Both the position numbers and the translations under genes were made by a program. Below the pieces are notes generated by a model. The model made no database searches, had not been told where the DNA came from, and saw only the letters and a list, made by a program, of their open reading frames with translations. DNA of 64,000 nucleotides, from NCBI GenBank assembly GCA_035650735.1, contig DASRGZ010000215.1, forward strand, positions 1-64,000, read 5' to 3'. This DNA is from Chthonomonadaceae bacterium (GTDB lineage Bacteria; Armatimonadota; Chthonomonadetes; Chthonomonadales; Chthonomonadaceae). Of this stretch, positions 18,677 to 29,343 are shown in pieces (position 1 is the stretch's first letter; every line of letters begins with the position of its first letter).

Positions 18677-19822
18677 TTGATGGACGCTAAGCGCGATAAC
18701 GCCCCCCGCGCGGCAGGGACCAATACTGCGTTCCTGCAATATGGAGGACAGGCCGTCATTGAGGGCGTGATGATGCGCAGTCCTCACTACTTCGCCGTCG
18801 CCTGCCGCAAGCCGGATGGCTCCGTCGTTACGAAACGTGAGGAAGTGGACAAGAGCATCATCGGCAGGCTCAAATGGCTAAACAGGCCCTTCCTGCGCGG
18901 CACGCTGGCCCTCATTGATGCCATGGCCCTGGGCACGCGCGCCCTGGCCTTCGCCTCCAACGTCCAGATGGAAGCCGAGCAGCAGAAGGCCCAGGCCAAC
19001 CAGATCCCTCCTGCTTCCGACCGGCTGCGCGAGACCCTTGCGGAAGAGGGCGAGGTCGCCGCCGCCTCCATCGTTAACGGCCCGCCCGTCCTCGTGCCGG
19101 AACAGATGCCCAAAAGCGGTAACATCAACGATATTGCCATCGGCGGCACCATCGCTTTTAGCTTCGTCTTCGGCATCGCCCTGTTCGTGCTGCTGCCCAC
19201 GGTGCTGACCCAGTTGGGCAAGAAAATCGGCCTCTTTAGCATTACCTATAACCAGACCCTCTGGCTCAACATCGTGGATGGCCTGATCCGTATGGCGATC
19301 TTTTTTGGCTATATTGGACTCATCTCGCTCATGCCTCAGATCCAGCGCGTTTTTCAGTACCACGGCGCGGAGCACAAGGCCATCAATACCCTGGAGGCGG
19401 GCCTGCCGCTCACGCCCGACAACGCCCTGAACGCCTCCCGCATTCACCCGCGCTGCGGCACCAGCTTTATCTTCATCGTGCTGGTGATCAACCTGATCGT
19501 CTTTGCGTTCCTGCCGCGCCCGCCCCTCTGGATACGCTTCCCCATGCACCTGGCCATAGTGCCCCTGGTCGCCGGGATCGCCTATGAGGTCATCAAATTC
19601 GCAGGCAAGTTCCGCCGGAACGCGCTCGTCATGGCCGTGCTGGCGCCGGGCATGTGGTCGCAATACCTGACGACCCGCGAGCCGGACCGCGAGCAGGTGG
19701 AGGTGGCCCTCACGTCCCTGCGCGCCGTGCTGGAGGCGGAGGGCCATTCGGTCTCGGACGCGGGCGTTGTCGGCCTCGTCCCCGCTCCCAACCCGCTCGA
19801 ACCCGAAGCCGTCACCGCATAA
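18677..19822 (+). CDS. DUF1385 (YqhQ-like) membrane protein
   Basis: YGGQAVIEGVMMR, FQYHGAEHK, HPRCGTSF, QYLTTREP; usual position after rpmE. Confidence 0.92.
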   Translation: MMDAKRDNAPRAAGTNTAFLQYGGQAVIEGVMMRSPHYFAVACRKPDGSVVTKREEVDKSIIGRLKWLNRPFLRGTLALIDAMALGTRALAFASNVQMEAEQQKAQANQIPPASDRLRETLAEEGEVAAASIVNGPPVLVPEQMPKSGNINDIAIGGTIAFSFVFGIALFVLLPTVLTQLGKKIGLFSITYNQTLWLNIVDGLIRMAIFFGYIGLISLMPQIQRVFQYHGAEHKAINTLEAGLPLTPDNALNASRIHPRCGTSFIFIVLVINLIVFAFLPRPPLWIRFPMHLAIVPLVAGIAYEVIKFAGKFRRNALVMAVLAPGMWSQYLTTREPDREQVEVALTSLRAVLEAEGHSVSDAGVVGLVPAPNPLEPEAVTA

Positions 19823-19832
19823 CCAGGAAGAA

Positions 19833-20076
19833 GCCCTCACCCCCAACCCCTCTCCCGCAGCGTCGGGAGAGGGGAGGCGGCCCCCACCCCCGACCCCTCC
19901 CCCAATTCTAGGGGAGGGGAGAGGCCGGGTCATCCCCTTCCCTCGGAGGGTCGCAAGGTGTCGCAAGGCGGAGGGCTGTGGCAAGGTGGAGGCGCGAACC
20001 ATTGTAGGCCCGACCCTGGCAGTGGCGCGAGCGTGCGCAGCACCGACCCTTGCAGTGGGGGACGGGGGGTTTAGGT
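19833..20076 (+). repeat. REP hairpins plus modular insert (copy 2)
   Basis: CCCTCACCCCCAACCCCTCTCCC hairpins; TCGCAAGGTGTCGCAAGGCGGAGG; two CCGACCCT(G/T)GCAGTGG units. Confidence 0.8.
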
Positions 20077-20093
20077 TAAAAAAGGAGGCATCG

Positions 20094-21965
20094 ATGGGAC
20101 TACCCCCTTTGATCCCGCGCGAAGTCCTGTTTGGCAATCCGGAAAAGTCACAGCCGCAGATCTCCCCGGACGGCAAGAATCTGGCCTACCTGGCCCCGGA
20201 TAAAGGCGTGCTCAACGTCTGGGTGCGTACCCTCGGCCAGGAAGACGACCGCGTGATTACCTCAGACAGGAAACGCGGCATCCATATGTTCCTCTGGCAG
20301 GGAGACAGCCAGCACATTCTCTACATGCAGGATCACGATGGCGACGAGAACTTTCATCTCTACCAGACCAACCTACAGACGCATATCACCCGCGACCTGA
20401 CCCCTTTTAGCGGCATCCAGGCTCGGCCCGTTGCCGTGGACCCGCATTTCCCCGACCAGATGCTGGCGGCCCTCAACCTGCGCGACAACCGCTTCCACGA
20501 TGTCTACCGCATCAACCTCAAGAACGGCGCGGTGGAGATGGATACGGAAAATCCAGGGGATGTCGTCAACTGGGTCGTGGACAACGCCTTACAGGTGCGC
20601 GTTGCGCAGGTACAACTGCCCGACGGCGGCACGGAGCTGCGCCTCCGTGACGAGCCCACTGCGCCCTGGCGCACGTTCCAGAAATGGGGCCCGGAGGAGA
20701 CGTTCGGCGGCGTGGCAGGATTCTCGCCGGACAATCGGCGCGCGTGGTTGATCTCCAGCGTGGACGCCAATGCCGCGCGCCTACTGGAAGTAGACCCCGC
20801 CACCAATGAAAGCAAGGTCGTTGCCGAAGATCCGCAGTATGATGTCAGCGGGACATTGATGCATCCCGACACCCATGCGCTCCAGGCCGTGCGGTTTGTC
20901 CGGGCGCGGCGCGAGTGGCAGCTTGTGGATGAATCGCTGCGGCCCGATTTTGAGGCGCTCCAGCAGGTACACGACGGCGACTTTAGCGTGGTCAGCCGCG
21001 ACCTGGCTGACAAGACCTGGATCGTCGCCTATCTTCTGGACGACGGCCCGACCTACTACTACGCCTATGATCGCGCCACGCGGAAGGCGACGCTGCTCTT
21101 CAGCGACCGCCCCGCCCTGGAAAAATACCAACTGGCGAAGATGCAGCCCATCTCCTTCACGGCGCGCGACGGCATGACCATTCACGGCTACCTGACGCTG
21201 CCGGTCGGCGTGGAGCCGCCCAACTTGCCGATGGTGCTGTTTGTGCATGGCGGGCCGTGGGGACGCGATGTCTGGGGCTTTCACCCCTTCGTGCAGTGGC
21301 TTGCCAATCGCGGCTTTGCGGTGCTTCAGATCAACTTCCGGGGCTCGACCGGCTACGGCAAAGCCTTCCTGAACGCCGGAGACCGCCAATGGGGCGCCGC
21401 CATGCACGACGACCTGATTGACGGTAAGCGCTGGGCAGTGCAGCAGGGCTACGCCGACCCGAACAGAGTCTGCATTATGGGCGGCAGCTACGGCGGCTAT
21501 GCGACCCTGGTCGGTCTGGCCTTCACGCCCGACGAGTTCGCCTGCGGCGTGGATATTGTCGGTCCCTCCAACCTGGTGACGCTCATGGAGACCATTCCGC
21601 CTTACTGGACGCCGATGCGGGCCATGTTTAAGAAGCGGGTCGGCGACCTGGAGACCGAGCCGGAGTTCCTGAAGTCGCGCTCGCCGCTCCACAAGGCCGA
21701 CCAGATTCGCGCGCCGCTGTTAATTGCCCAGGGCGCCAACGACCCGCGCGTCAAGCAGGCCGAAAGCGACCAGATCGTGGAAGCCATGCGCAAGAACGGT
21801 AAGCCGGTAGAGTATCTGGTCTTCCCGGACGAGGGGCACGGCTTCGCCCGCCCGGAGAACAACCTGACGTTCGCGGCGGCAGCGGAAGCCTTCCTGGCAA
21901 AATACATGGGCTGCCGCGCCGAGCCGCCCTCCCCGCAGGAGAACGCGGAAGCCCTTCGCCGCTAA
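20094..21965 (+). CDS. S9 family (prolyl oligopeptidase-like) peptidase
   Basis: AAGGAGG SD; VHGGPW, GGSYGG, NDPRV, DEGHG. Confidence 0.93.
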   Translation: MGLPPLIPREVLFGNPEKSQPQISPDGKNLAYLAPDKGVLNVWVRTLGQEDDRVITSDRKRGIHMFLWQGDSQHILYMQDHDGDENFHLYQTNLQTHITRDLTPFSGIQARPVAVDPHFPDQMLAALNLRDNRFHDVYRINLKNGAVEMDTENPGDVVNWVVDNALQVRVAQVQLPDGGTELRLRDEPTAPWRTFQKWGPEETFGGVAGFSPDNRRAWLISSVDANAARLLEVDPATNESKVVAEDPQYDVSGTLMHPDTHALQAVRFVRARREWQLVDESLRPDFEALQQVHDGDFSVVSRDLADKTWIVAYLLDDGPTYYYAYDRATRKATLLFSDRPALEKYQLAKMQPISFTARDGMTIHGYLTLPVGVEPPNLPMVLFVHGGPWGRDVWGFHPFVQWLANRGFAVLQINFRGSTGYGKAFLNAGDRQWGAAMHDDLIDGKRWAVQQGYADPNRVCIMGGSYGGYATLVGLAFTPDEFACGVDIVGPSNLVTLMETIPPYWTPMRAMFKKRVGDLETEPEFLKSRSPLHKADQIRAPLLIAQGANDPRVKQAESDQIVEAMRKNGKPVEYLVFPDEGHGFARPENNLTFAAAAEAFLAKYMGCRAEPPSPQENAEALRR

Positions 21966-22102
21966 TATCCAATCCGGTGAATTTCTTCCCATATGCGCTG
22001 CACCTTGAGGTAGCCATACGATAAGTATTCCCTCGGACTTGGTATAAGGACAGAGCGAAGCGCCTGCCAGAATTCTTCCGTTTCTATAAGTGTAAGGGAG
22101 AG

Positions 22103-22519
22103 ATGTGGATGCGTGATGGCGAGTACGTAGATGGAAAGAAGCATGGCCTCTGGGTATCCTACTTTGCCAACGGCAACAAAATGAGCGAAGGGACCTATCG
22201 CAAGGGCAAGAAGGAGGGTCGCTGGGTTCAATACTGGCCCAACGGCAACAAGAAGAGCGAGGCGACCTTCGTGGATGGCAAGTACACGGGCTACTACGTC
22301 TGCTACTACGAGAATGGCAACAAGCAGTGGGAGGGCTACTACAATCCCATCCGGGGCAATTCGGCAGACGGGACGAAGGAGGGCGCCTGGCTCACTTACG
22401 ACAAGGAGACGGGCGAGGTCAGCCGCCGCATTACTTACAAACGTGGGAGCCGCGCCAAGCCCGATGAGTACCCGCCTTTTGAGGACGTTCCACAGATCGG
22501 GCCGCCGTCCGAAGAATAG
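22103..22519 (+). CDS. MORN-variant repeat (YwqK-like) protein
   Basis: Repeated Y(F/W/Y)xNGNK-xEGxY units. Confidence 0.8.
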   Translation: MWMRDGEYVDGKKHGLWVSYFANGNKMSEGTYRKGKKEGRWVQYWPNGNKKSEATFVDGKYTGYYVCYYENGNKQWEGYYNPIRGNSADGTKEGAWLTYDKETGEVSRRITYKRGSRAKPDEYPPFEDVPQIGPPSEE

Positions 22520-22571
22520 TCTCGATCTGTCAACATTTGCTTTTCCAACTTGAGGAGGCAAAGGAGAACGA

Positions 22572-23423
22572 ATGCCGACACCGACCAGCCAACAAGCGAA
22601 GGCCGACCGCTTTCGCCAACTCCATAACGGCCCGGCCATCCTCGTCCTGCCCAACGCCTGGGACGCCGCCAGCGCCCGCCTCTTCGAGGAGGCCGGCTTC
22701 CCGGCGGTCGGCACTACCAGCGCCGGTGTCGCCAACTCCCTGGGCTACCCCGATGGGCAGTATATCCCGCGCGAGGAGATGCTCTTCGTGGTGCGCCGCA
22801 TAGCCCAGACCGTCCGCATTCCCGTGACCGCCGACATCGAGGCAGGCTTTGGCGCAACGGTGGACGAGGTCGTAGAGACGGTGCGCGGCGTGCTGGAGGC
22901 GGGCGCGATTGGAATCAACCTGGAGGATAGCGAAAAGGGCGGCGAGAAGCGACTGTTACCCATTTCCGATCAGGTCGAGCGGATTCAAGCCGTCCGCGCG
23001 CTTGGTAAGGAGATGGATGTGCCGCTGGTGATCAACGCCCGCACTGACGCCTATCTCGTGCCCCTGGAGCCTGCCGTCCGCTTCGAGGAGGCCGTTGAGC
23101 GCGCGAACGCTTACCTGGCCGCAGGAGCCGACTGCGCCTTCCCCATCCTGGTCACGGATGCCGACACCATCGGCAGGCTTGTCCAGGCCATCCAGGGGCC
23201 GGTCAACATCCTGGCCGTGCCTGGCGTGCCCCCTGTTAACGAGTTAGAACGGCTGGGCGTTCGGCGTGTCAGCATGGGCGCGGGGCCGAGTCGGGCGACG
23301 ATGGCACTCACGCAACGGATCGCCGAGGAGCTGCGGGACAGCGGAACCTACCGTGCGTTCCTGGAGAGGATGATGCCCTCAGCGGAGGCCAACAAGCTGT
23401 TCGCACGGAGTGAGCCGTCATAG
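22572..23423 (+). CDS. Isocitrate lyase/PEP mutase family protein
   Basis: LPNAWDAASA, TTSAGVA, ADIEAGFG, GINLED, INARTD. Confidence 0.92.
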   Translation: MPTPTSQQAKADRFRQLHNGPAILVLPNAWDAASARLFEEAGFPAVGTTSAGVANSLGYPDGQYIPREEMLFVVRRIAQTVRIPVTADIEAGFGATVDEVVETVRGVLEAGAIGINLEDSEKGGEKRLLPISDQVERIQAVRALGKEMDVPLVINARTDAYLVPLEPAVRFEEAVERANAYLAAGADCAFPILVTDADTIGRLVQAIQGPVNILAVPGVPPVNELERLGVRRVSMGAGPSRATMALTQRIAEELRDSGTYRAFLERMMPSAEANKLFARSEPS

Positions 23424-23434
23424 GAGGAACTGCC

Positions 23435-24277
23435 ATGCATCGGATGCTCCCGAGCGGCACCTATTACGGGCACAACTACCGACAGCGGCAGGTCGGCGAC
23501 TTCCTCTTCTCTGAATCCCGATACGAGGCAAGCCGGGCTATCCCCCCGCATGCCCATGAGAGCGCCTTCTTCTACCTCGTTCTGGATGGGGCCTGTCTGG
23601 ACACAGTTAACGGAGGCGAACGGCAGGCGGCGCGCTCCAGTCTGATGTTTCATCCCGCCGGAGACACGCACGCAAATATCTGGTCTCCATCCGGGGGCGC
23701 CTGCTTTCACATCGAGATCCTGCCGGCGAAGTGGGTACACTTGCAGGAGCGCGGCACGACGCTCCGCGATAGGCTGTACTGTGATGGGGGCATGGCAGCG
23801 TGGATCGCGGATCAAGCATTCCGAAACTTCCAGCAGACCGACGCTGCCTCCGTACTTGCTCTAGAAGGGCTCACGCTCGAGCTCATCGCCGAAATCGTTC
23901 GCGCACAAATGGGTTCCACGGACTCGACCCCTCCGCGCTGGCTGCGACGGACGCATGACCTCCTCCGGGAACGATTTGATGAGAATCTCTCCCTGGAGGA
24001 GATCAGCCGGGTAGTGGATGTTCACCCCTCGCATCTGGCGCGGGCTTTCCGGCAGCACTACCACTGCACCATCGGAGACTTCGTACGCCAGCTTCGTATC
24101 GAATTTGCTTGCCGTGAGCTCCTCGGATCGGATCGACCCCTCATTGAGATAGCGCTGGAGGCGGGCTTTGCCGATCAGAGCCACTTTGCCAGGGTCTTCC
24201 GACGCTATACTGGACGGAGCCCGACAGAGTACGCCAAGCACTTCGGAAAATGCAATACACGAACCAGGAGATGCTAA
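23435..24277 (+). CDS. AraC family transcriptional regulator
   Basis: Cupin PHAHE; HPSHLARAF; GFADQSHFARVF. Confidence 0.92.
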   Translation: MHRMLPSGTYYGHNYRQRQVGDFLFSESRYEASRAIPPHAHESAFFYLVLDGACLDTVNGGERQAARSSLMFHPAGDTHANIWSPSGGACFHIEILPAKWVHLQERGTTLRDRLYCDGGMAAWIADQAFRNFQQTDAASVLALEGLTLELIAEIVRAQMGSTDSTPPRWLRRTHDLLRERFDENLSLEEISRVVDVHPSHLARAFRQHYHCTIGDFVRQLRIEFACRELLGSDRPLIEIALEAGFADQSHFARVFRRYTGRSPTEYAKHFGKCNTRTRRC

Positions 24278-24351
24278 GCACAGACAAGACGGACGGCCAT
24301 CCGGTATGATACCCTACAGGCAACACCTATTCGATATGGATGGAGGAAGCC

Positions 24352-25449
24352 ATGCATCGGGTACTCTGGCGGATACTGTTGGGGGTCCTCTCTTGCTTAG
24401 CGCTGCTGCCGGTCGGCGCGTCCACGGCGGCGGATGGCCCCGACGCGACGGCACAGGCGGCTCCCAAGCCGCTCGGACGGTTGGTGGACATTGGGGGCTA
24501 CCGCCTTCACATCCATATCACGGGGACCGGCAGCCCCACAGTCGTCTTACTCTCAGGGATGGGCGATTACTCCTTTGTCTGGAGCCTGGTCCAACCCGGA
24601 GTTGCTTCCTTCACGCGCGTCTGCTCGTACGACCGGGCGGGCGAGGCATGGAGCGATCTGGGTCCGGTCCCGCGCACGATGCGGCAAGAGGTCTATGAGT
24701 TGCATCTCCTGCTGGAACGGGCCGCTCTCCGTCCGCCTTTTGTCCTGGTGGGCGCCTCCTATGGCGGGCTGCTCGCGCGCTTGTATACCGATCAATATCC
24801 GGACGAGGTGGTCGGGATAGTGCTCGTGGACAGCACGCATGAGAACACGATCCTGAGTCTGGGACATATGGAGAACGGTCACTTTGTAGCGAAGCTCGTC
24901 CGTATACGGGAATCCAGTCAAGGCCGTCCCATCCCCCCGATCCAGACAATGCAGACCAGTCCGCCCAAGCCTCCCACCCAGGAGCAGGTCCGTGGCTGGG
25001 AGGCGTTCCAGAAGCAGATGGGTCCTCCCAGGATCGAGCCGCCCTTTGATCGCCTGCCGCCTGCAATCCAGCAGCTTGAACTCTGGGCGCGCTCGCATCC
25101 GAAGCTTGCTGCCGAATCGGATAGCTATATGGGCGAGGAGTTCCAGGCTCTCTATGAGGCTCGAAAGAAAGTGGAGCATCCGCTCGGAGACAGACCACTG
25201 ATCTCTCTGCGCGCCGGCACTCAGGACTGGACCCCAGACCCCAAGCTCCTGGCAACCATCGGCATGACCGCGGAAGACTGGAAGAAGGAGGCCCAGGCGA
25301 AGTCAGCAGACCTGGCGAGCCTCTCCAGCAATAGCCGCTGGTACGTCGCCGCCAAGAGTGGGCATCACATCCATCTGGAGGACCCGCCGCTGGTCATCTG
25401 GGCGATCCGCCGGGTAGTGGAAGCGGCCAGGCATCGTTCCTCGCTCTAG
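24352..25449 (+). CDS. Exported alpha/beta hydrolase
   Basis: GGAGG SD; YDRAG, GASYGG nucleophile, SGHHIH. Confidence 0.88.
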   Translation: MHRVLWRILLGVLSCLALLPVGASTAADGPDATAQAAPKPLGRLVDIGGYRLHIHITGTGSPTVVLLSGMGDYSFVWSLVQPGVASFTRVCSYDRAGEAWSDLGPVPRTMRQEVYELHLLLERAALRPPFVLVGASYGGLLARLYTDQYPDEVVGIVLVDSTHENTILSLGHMENGHFVAKLVRIRESSQGRPIPPIQTMQTSPPKPPTQEQVRGWEAFQKQMGPPRIEPPFDRLPPAIQQLELWARSHPKLAAESDSYMGEEFQALYEARKKVEHPLGDRPLISLRAGTQDWTPDPKLLATIGMTAEDWKKEAQAKSADLASLSSNSRWYVAAKSGHHIHLEDPPLVIWAIRRVVEAARHRSSL

Positions 25450-25633
25450 ATGAGTACTCTCTCCTATTAGGCGGACGGGGTAATGCCGGGTCAGCATCGC
25501 GACGCTTCCTGCTGTCGAATGTGGGCGTCTGCAAGATGTTGAGACAGGGTAGGAGATGGGCGGGTGGAAAGGGAATAGAATAGCAATACCCAATTTCCCA
25601 AATCGTAGACAACGCCGGAAAGGATAAAAATCC

Positions 25634-27439
25634 ATGGCTTGGCCCGCTCTGTTCCGCCTGGTTAAGCGTACCGTCCTCTCACTTGCGCTTCTGGCCTTCG
25701 CTTCTGCACTCAGCCTTGCTCAGCAGCCTGTCCCGCAGGACACGCCTGGGTACAGGGAAACCCCTGAGCAGTTCGCCAAGCGGACGCAATGGTGGCGGGA
25801 GGCGAAGTTCGGCATGTTTATCCACTGGGGCATCTACGCCGTGCCTGCCGACTCGTCGCAGGGCATCGCCGAATGGTACTTCTCGAACCACACTTCTCCC
25901 AATGGCGAACACCTTCAAGTGCGCGATTACGAGAAGTTCGCCGGCCAATTCAACCCGGTTCGCTTCGACGCCCGGAAATGGGTCCAGGCCGCCAAAAACG
26001 CCGGGATGAAGTATATCGTCATCACCAGCAAGCACCACGACGGCTTCTGCATGTTCGATAGCAAGCTGACCGACTACACCATCGTCAAGGCGACCCCGTA
26101 TAAGCGCGACCCCATGAAGGCGCTGGCCGCCGAGTGCCGCCGGCAGGGGATCAAGCTCTGCTTCTACCACTCCATCATGGACTGGCACCATCCGGATTAC
26201 CTGCCGCGCCGCCCGTGGGAAGGCGCCAACCGTCCCGCAGAGGGCGCCAGCCTCGACCGCTATATCGAGTATATGAAGGGCCAGTTGCGCGAGCTGCTCA
26301 CCAACTACGGCCCCATCGGCATCCTCTGGTTTGACGGCGGCTGGGAGCACAACGCGGACGAGCTGCACTCCCAGGAGGTCAACGCGCTCATCCGCTCCTT
26401 GCAGCCCAACATCCTCATCAACGACCGCAACCACCTGCCGGAAGACTACTCTACCCCGGAGCAGACGATCCCGGCCAACGCCCTGCCGGGCGGACGGCTC
26501 TGGGAGACCTGCATGACGATGAACGATACCTGGGGCTATTCCAGAAACGACCACAACTTTAAGTCCGCCGAAGACCTCATCCACAAGCTCTGCGATATTG
26601 CCAGCAAGGGCGGCAACTTCCTGCTCAACGTGGGGCCGACGGAACTGGGCGAGTTTCCCCCGGAGTCGCTGGATCGCCTGGCACGGATCGGCCAGTGGAT
26701 GCGGGTAAACAGCGAAAGCATCTACGGCACGACGAAAAGCCCCTTCCGCAAGCTGCCTTTCGAGGGCCGCTGCACCCAAAAAGGCAACACGCTCTATCTC
26801 CAGGTGTTCCACTGGCCGGAGAACGGGCTGATCCTTCCCGGCTTGAAAACCGGCGTTAAGGAGGCCCGCGCGCTCGATGGTAGGGAGCGCCTCTCCTTCA
26901 GCCTGCTCCACGAGAATCCAGGCTTTGCCATCAGCAAGCCCAGCAGGCTTGACCCCGTTGCCACGGTTATCAAGCTGGAATTGGCCGGGCCGCCCGAAGT
27001 GGAGGAAATTGCCAGCAGCATCGCTCCCAACCGGGATGGCAGCTTCACCCTGTCTGCGGCGGATGCCACCATCCGGGGCACTGCCGCCCAGCTTGAAACT
27101 AAAGACAACATTCCCAACATCGGCTTCTGGACAGACAGCAACGATACAGTGGAGTGGACGCTGGCAGTACCGAAAGCGGGCGATTACACCGTAGAGATCA
27201 ATTACGCCTGTACGCCAGAGAATGCGGGCAGCACTTATCGCGTACAGGTCGAGGGCGCGCAAGCGGGCGTCGAGGGAACGGTCTTAAGCACAGGCGATTG
27301 GGCGGCATTCCGGTCGGAGAGTCTGCCCGGCACAGTGCGCCTCTCTGTCGGGGGCCAGATCGTGCGCGTGAAGCCGCTCTCCATGCCGCACGGCGCCGTG
27401 ATGAACCTGCGCTCGCTCACTCTCAAGCCCGCCCCTTAA
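25634..27439 (+). CDS. Alpha-L-fucosidase (GH29) with C-terminal CBM-like domain
   Basis: KFGMFIHWG, TSKHHDGF, LWFDG, WETCMT, LLNVGP. Confidence 0.93.
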   Translation: MAWPALFRLVKRTVLSLALLAFASALSLAQQPVPQDTPGYRETPEQFAKRTQWWREAKFGMFIHWGIYAVPADSSQGIAEWYFSNHTSPNGEHLQVRDYEKFAGQFNPVRFDARKWVQAAKNAGMKYIVITSKHHDGFCMFDSKLTDYTIVKATPYKRDPMKALAAECRRQGIKLCFYHSIMDWHHPDYLPRRPWEGANRPAEGASLDRYIEYMKGQLRELLTNYGPIGILWFDGGWEHNADELHSQEVNALIRSLQPNILINDRNHLPEDYSTPEQTIPANALPGGRLWETCMTMNDTWGYSRNDHNFKSAEDLIHKLCDIASKGGNFLLNVGPTELGEFPPESLDRLARIGQWMRVNSESIYGTTKSPFRKLPFEGRCTQKGNTLYLQVFHWPENGLILPGLKTGVKEARALDGRERLSFSLLHENPGFAISKPSRLDPVATVIKLELAGPPEVEEIASSIAPNRDGSFTLSAADATIRGTAAQLETKDNIPNIGFWTDSNDTVEWTLAVPKAGDYTVEINYACTPENAGSTYRVQVEGAQAGVEGTVLSTGDWAAFRSESLPGTVRLSVGGQIVRVKPLSMPHGAVMNLRSLTLKPAP

Positions 27440-27444
27440 AAAAC

Positions 27445-27592
27445 CTTTAAGACAGGATGAACAGGATTTACAGGATTAGGAAAAGACAAGCGAGCCTTGC
27501 TTCTCTGAGTTGTTGAAATCCGGTTAATCCCGTTAATCCTGTCTAAATGGCTTTTATCTTCAGCCTGTAAATCCTGTCAAATTCTGTTGAAG
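27445..27592. repeat. ACAGGAT-terminal palindromic element (different core)
   Basis: AGACAGGATGAACAGGATTTACAGGATT ... AATCCTGTCT / AAATCCTGTC. Confidence 0.75.
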
Positions 27593-27615
27593 CGGTTTAC
27601 GTATTTATAGATAGG

Positions 27616-28809
27616 ATGGCAATCGAATTTCCCATATACCTGGATCATGCGGCAACAACGCCCGTAGCGCCCGAAGTGCTGGAGGCGATGCTGCCCTATT
27701 TTAGCGAGTACTACGGCAATCCGGCCACGCTGTATAGCCTGGGCATGGCGGCGCGGGAGGCGGTGGAGAACGCGCGCGAGATCGTGGCCGAGACGCTCAA
27801 CGCCTCGCCGGAAGAGATCGTCTTTACCTCGGGCGGCACGGAGTCGGACAATATGGCGCTGCGCGGTGTGGCTGAGGCCAATAGTGCGCGCGGTCGCCAT
27901 ATCCTGACGACGCCCATCGAGCATCATGCCGTGCTGGAGCCGCTGGAGCTGCTGGCGCGACAGGGCTTCGAGGTAGAGTTTCTGCCGTTGGACGCCGAGG
28001 GCCGGGTCGCCCCGGCGGAGGTCGCCCGCCGCATTCGCCCGGATACCCTGCTGGTCTCCGTGATGCACGCCAACAACGAGATCGGCACAGTAGAGCCCAT
28101 CGCCGAAATCGGCGCGATCTGCCGAGAGCGCAGCGTCCTGTTTCATACCGACGCCGTACAGACCTTCGGGAAGCTGCCCCTGGACGTGCGCGCCATGCGC
28201 ATCGATCTGTTGAGCCTGTCGGCGCACAAGCTCTATGGCCCCAAAGGCGTCGGTGCGCTCTATGTACGGCGCGGGACGCCCCTGGCGCGTTTCCAAGCGG
28301 GCGGGGAACAAGAAAAAGGGCGTCGAGGTGGAACTCTAAACGTACCCGGAATCGTAGGTTTGGGAAAAGCTACGGAACGGGCGCGTGCCGAGATGGACTC
28401 GGAAGCGCAGCGTCTCTCGGCGCTGCGGGATCGGTTCCTGGAGCGGTTGAGGACGGCGATTCCCGGCGTTCATATCAGCGGCAGCCGAACGGAGCGTCTG
28501 CCCAACAACCTCCATTTCTGCGTGGAGGGCGTAGAGGGCGAGCCGATGCTGCTGGCGCTGGATGCGGCGGGCATCTGTGCGGCGGCAGGCTCAGCCTGCA
28601 CCACCGGTTCTCCCGCGCCCTCGCATGTTCTGCTGGCGCTTGGAATGCCGGAAGAGCTGGCGCGCGGGGCGCTGCGGCTGACGTTGGGCCGCGCGACGAC
28701 AGAAGAGGCGCTCGATTATACGCTGGAGACCTTGCGCGCCCTCGTCGCCGACCTGCGCGGGCTGGCCGGCTTCGGGGGAAGGCCGGGCGTATTGGCAGGC
28801 ACTCTGTAG
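27616..28809 (+). CDS. Class I cysteine desulfurase (IscS/NifS type)
   Basis: YLDHAATTP, FTSGGTESDN, HTDAVQ, SAHKLYGPKG, GSACT. Confidence 0.93.
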   Translation: MAIEFPIYLDHAATTPVAPEVLEAMLPYFSEYYGNPATLYSLGMAAREAVENAREIVAETLNASPEEIVFTSGGTESDNMALRGVAEANSARGRHILTTPIEHHAVLEPLELLARQGFEVEFLPLDAEGRVAPAEVARRIRPDTLLVSVMHANNEIGTVEPIAEIGAICRERSVLFHTDAVQTFGKLPLDVRAMRIDLLSLSAHKLYGPKGVGALYVRRGTPLARFQAGGEQEKGRRGGTLNVPGIVGLGKATERARAEMDSEAQRLSALRDRFLERLRTAIPGVHISGSRTERLPNNLHFCVEGVEGEPMLLALDAAGICAAAGSACTTGSPAPSHVLLALGMPEELARGALRLTLGRATTEEALDYTLETLRALVADLRGLAGFGGRPGVLAGTL

Positions 28810-28909
28810 GCGCATTTAGCGATTACAAGCGAAAAATGCCTCTACATGAAGAGACGCGCACGCCGAAAACTTTTTATGTATAAATGGGGCATACGTGGCG
28901 CCAAACCGC

Positions 28910-28938
28910 TTGACAAACGAGAAAGGGTGCCTTATAAT
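28910..28938 (+). promoter_or_regulatory. Consensus sigma70 promoter
   Basis: TTGACA-N17-TATAAT exactly. Confidence 0.85.
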
Positions 28939-29343
28939 ACGCACATACAGCAATTTTTCCAACCTGTCGCAGACGACTTTGTGAACAAAAGAACAAAATA
29001 GCACGCCCCGTTGGTGTTTTTCCAGCCTGTCTTTTGTGCGCTCGTTGCCCTGGGCGACACGGTTGACTCCCCGCAGTCGTCGCAGGGATTGGGAAAACGA
29101 AGCCAAACCGCCCAGGCATGTAGCGGTTGATGCCCATCAGGATGTACGGAAATGGCTTTCGTCTCGCCAACAAGCCTCCCCAGGCAGATAGAGGAGCCGA
29201 TGCGAAACCAAAACCGCCTGGCATTCCACCGGATTTAGCGCTGATGCGGGACTGGGCCTGTGAAAAAAGGAACATAGTCGCAGCGAAGGACAATGGCGCC
29301 ACCGATTCCGCCCTGATTTGCGTGGAAAGAGAGGGGTATCTTA

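Noticed and set aside
19767..20093. N-terminal extensions of the S9 peptidase (also at 5778, 31965, 39584 and 47835)
   Set aside because: They translate through repeats or intergenic DNA; better SD/start pairs lie downstream
22103..22519. Toxin-antitoxin system
   Set aside because: Only MORN-variant repeats are seen, with no adjacent toxin
25679..27262. 527 aa antisense ORF, plus similar ones at 9267, 18878, 33172 and 56995
   Set aside because: Typical high-GC antisense shadows of well-supported genes
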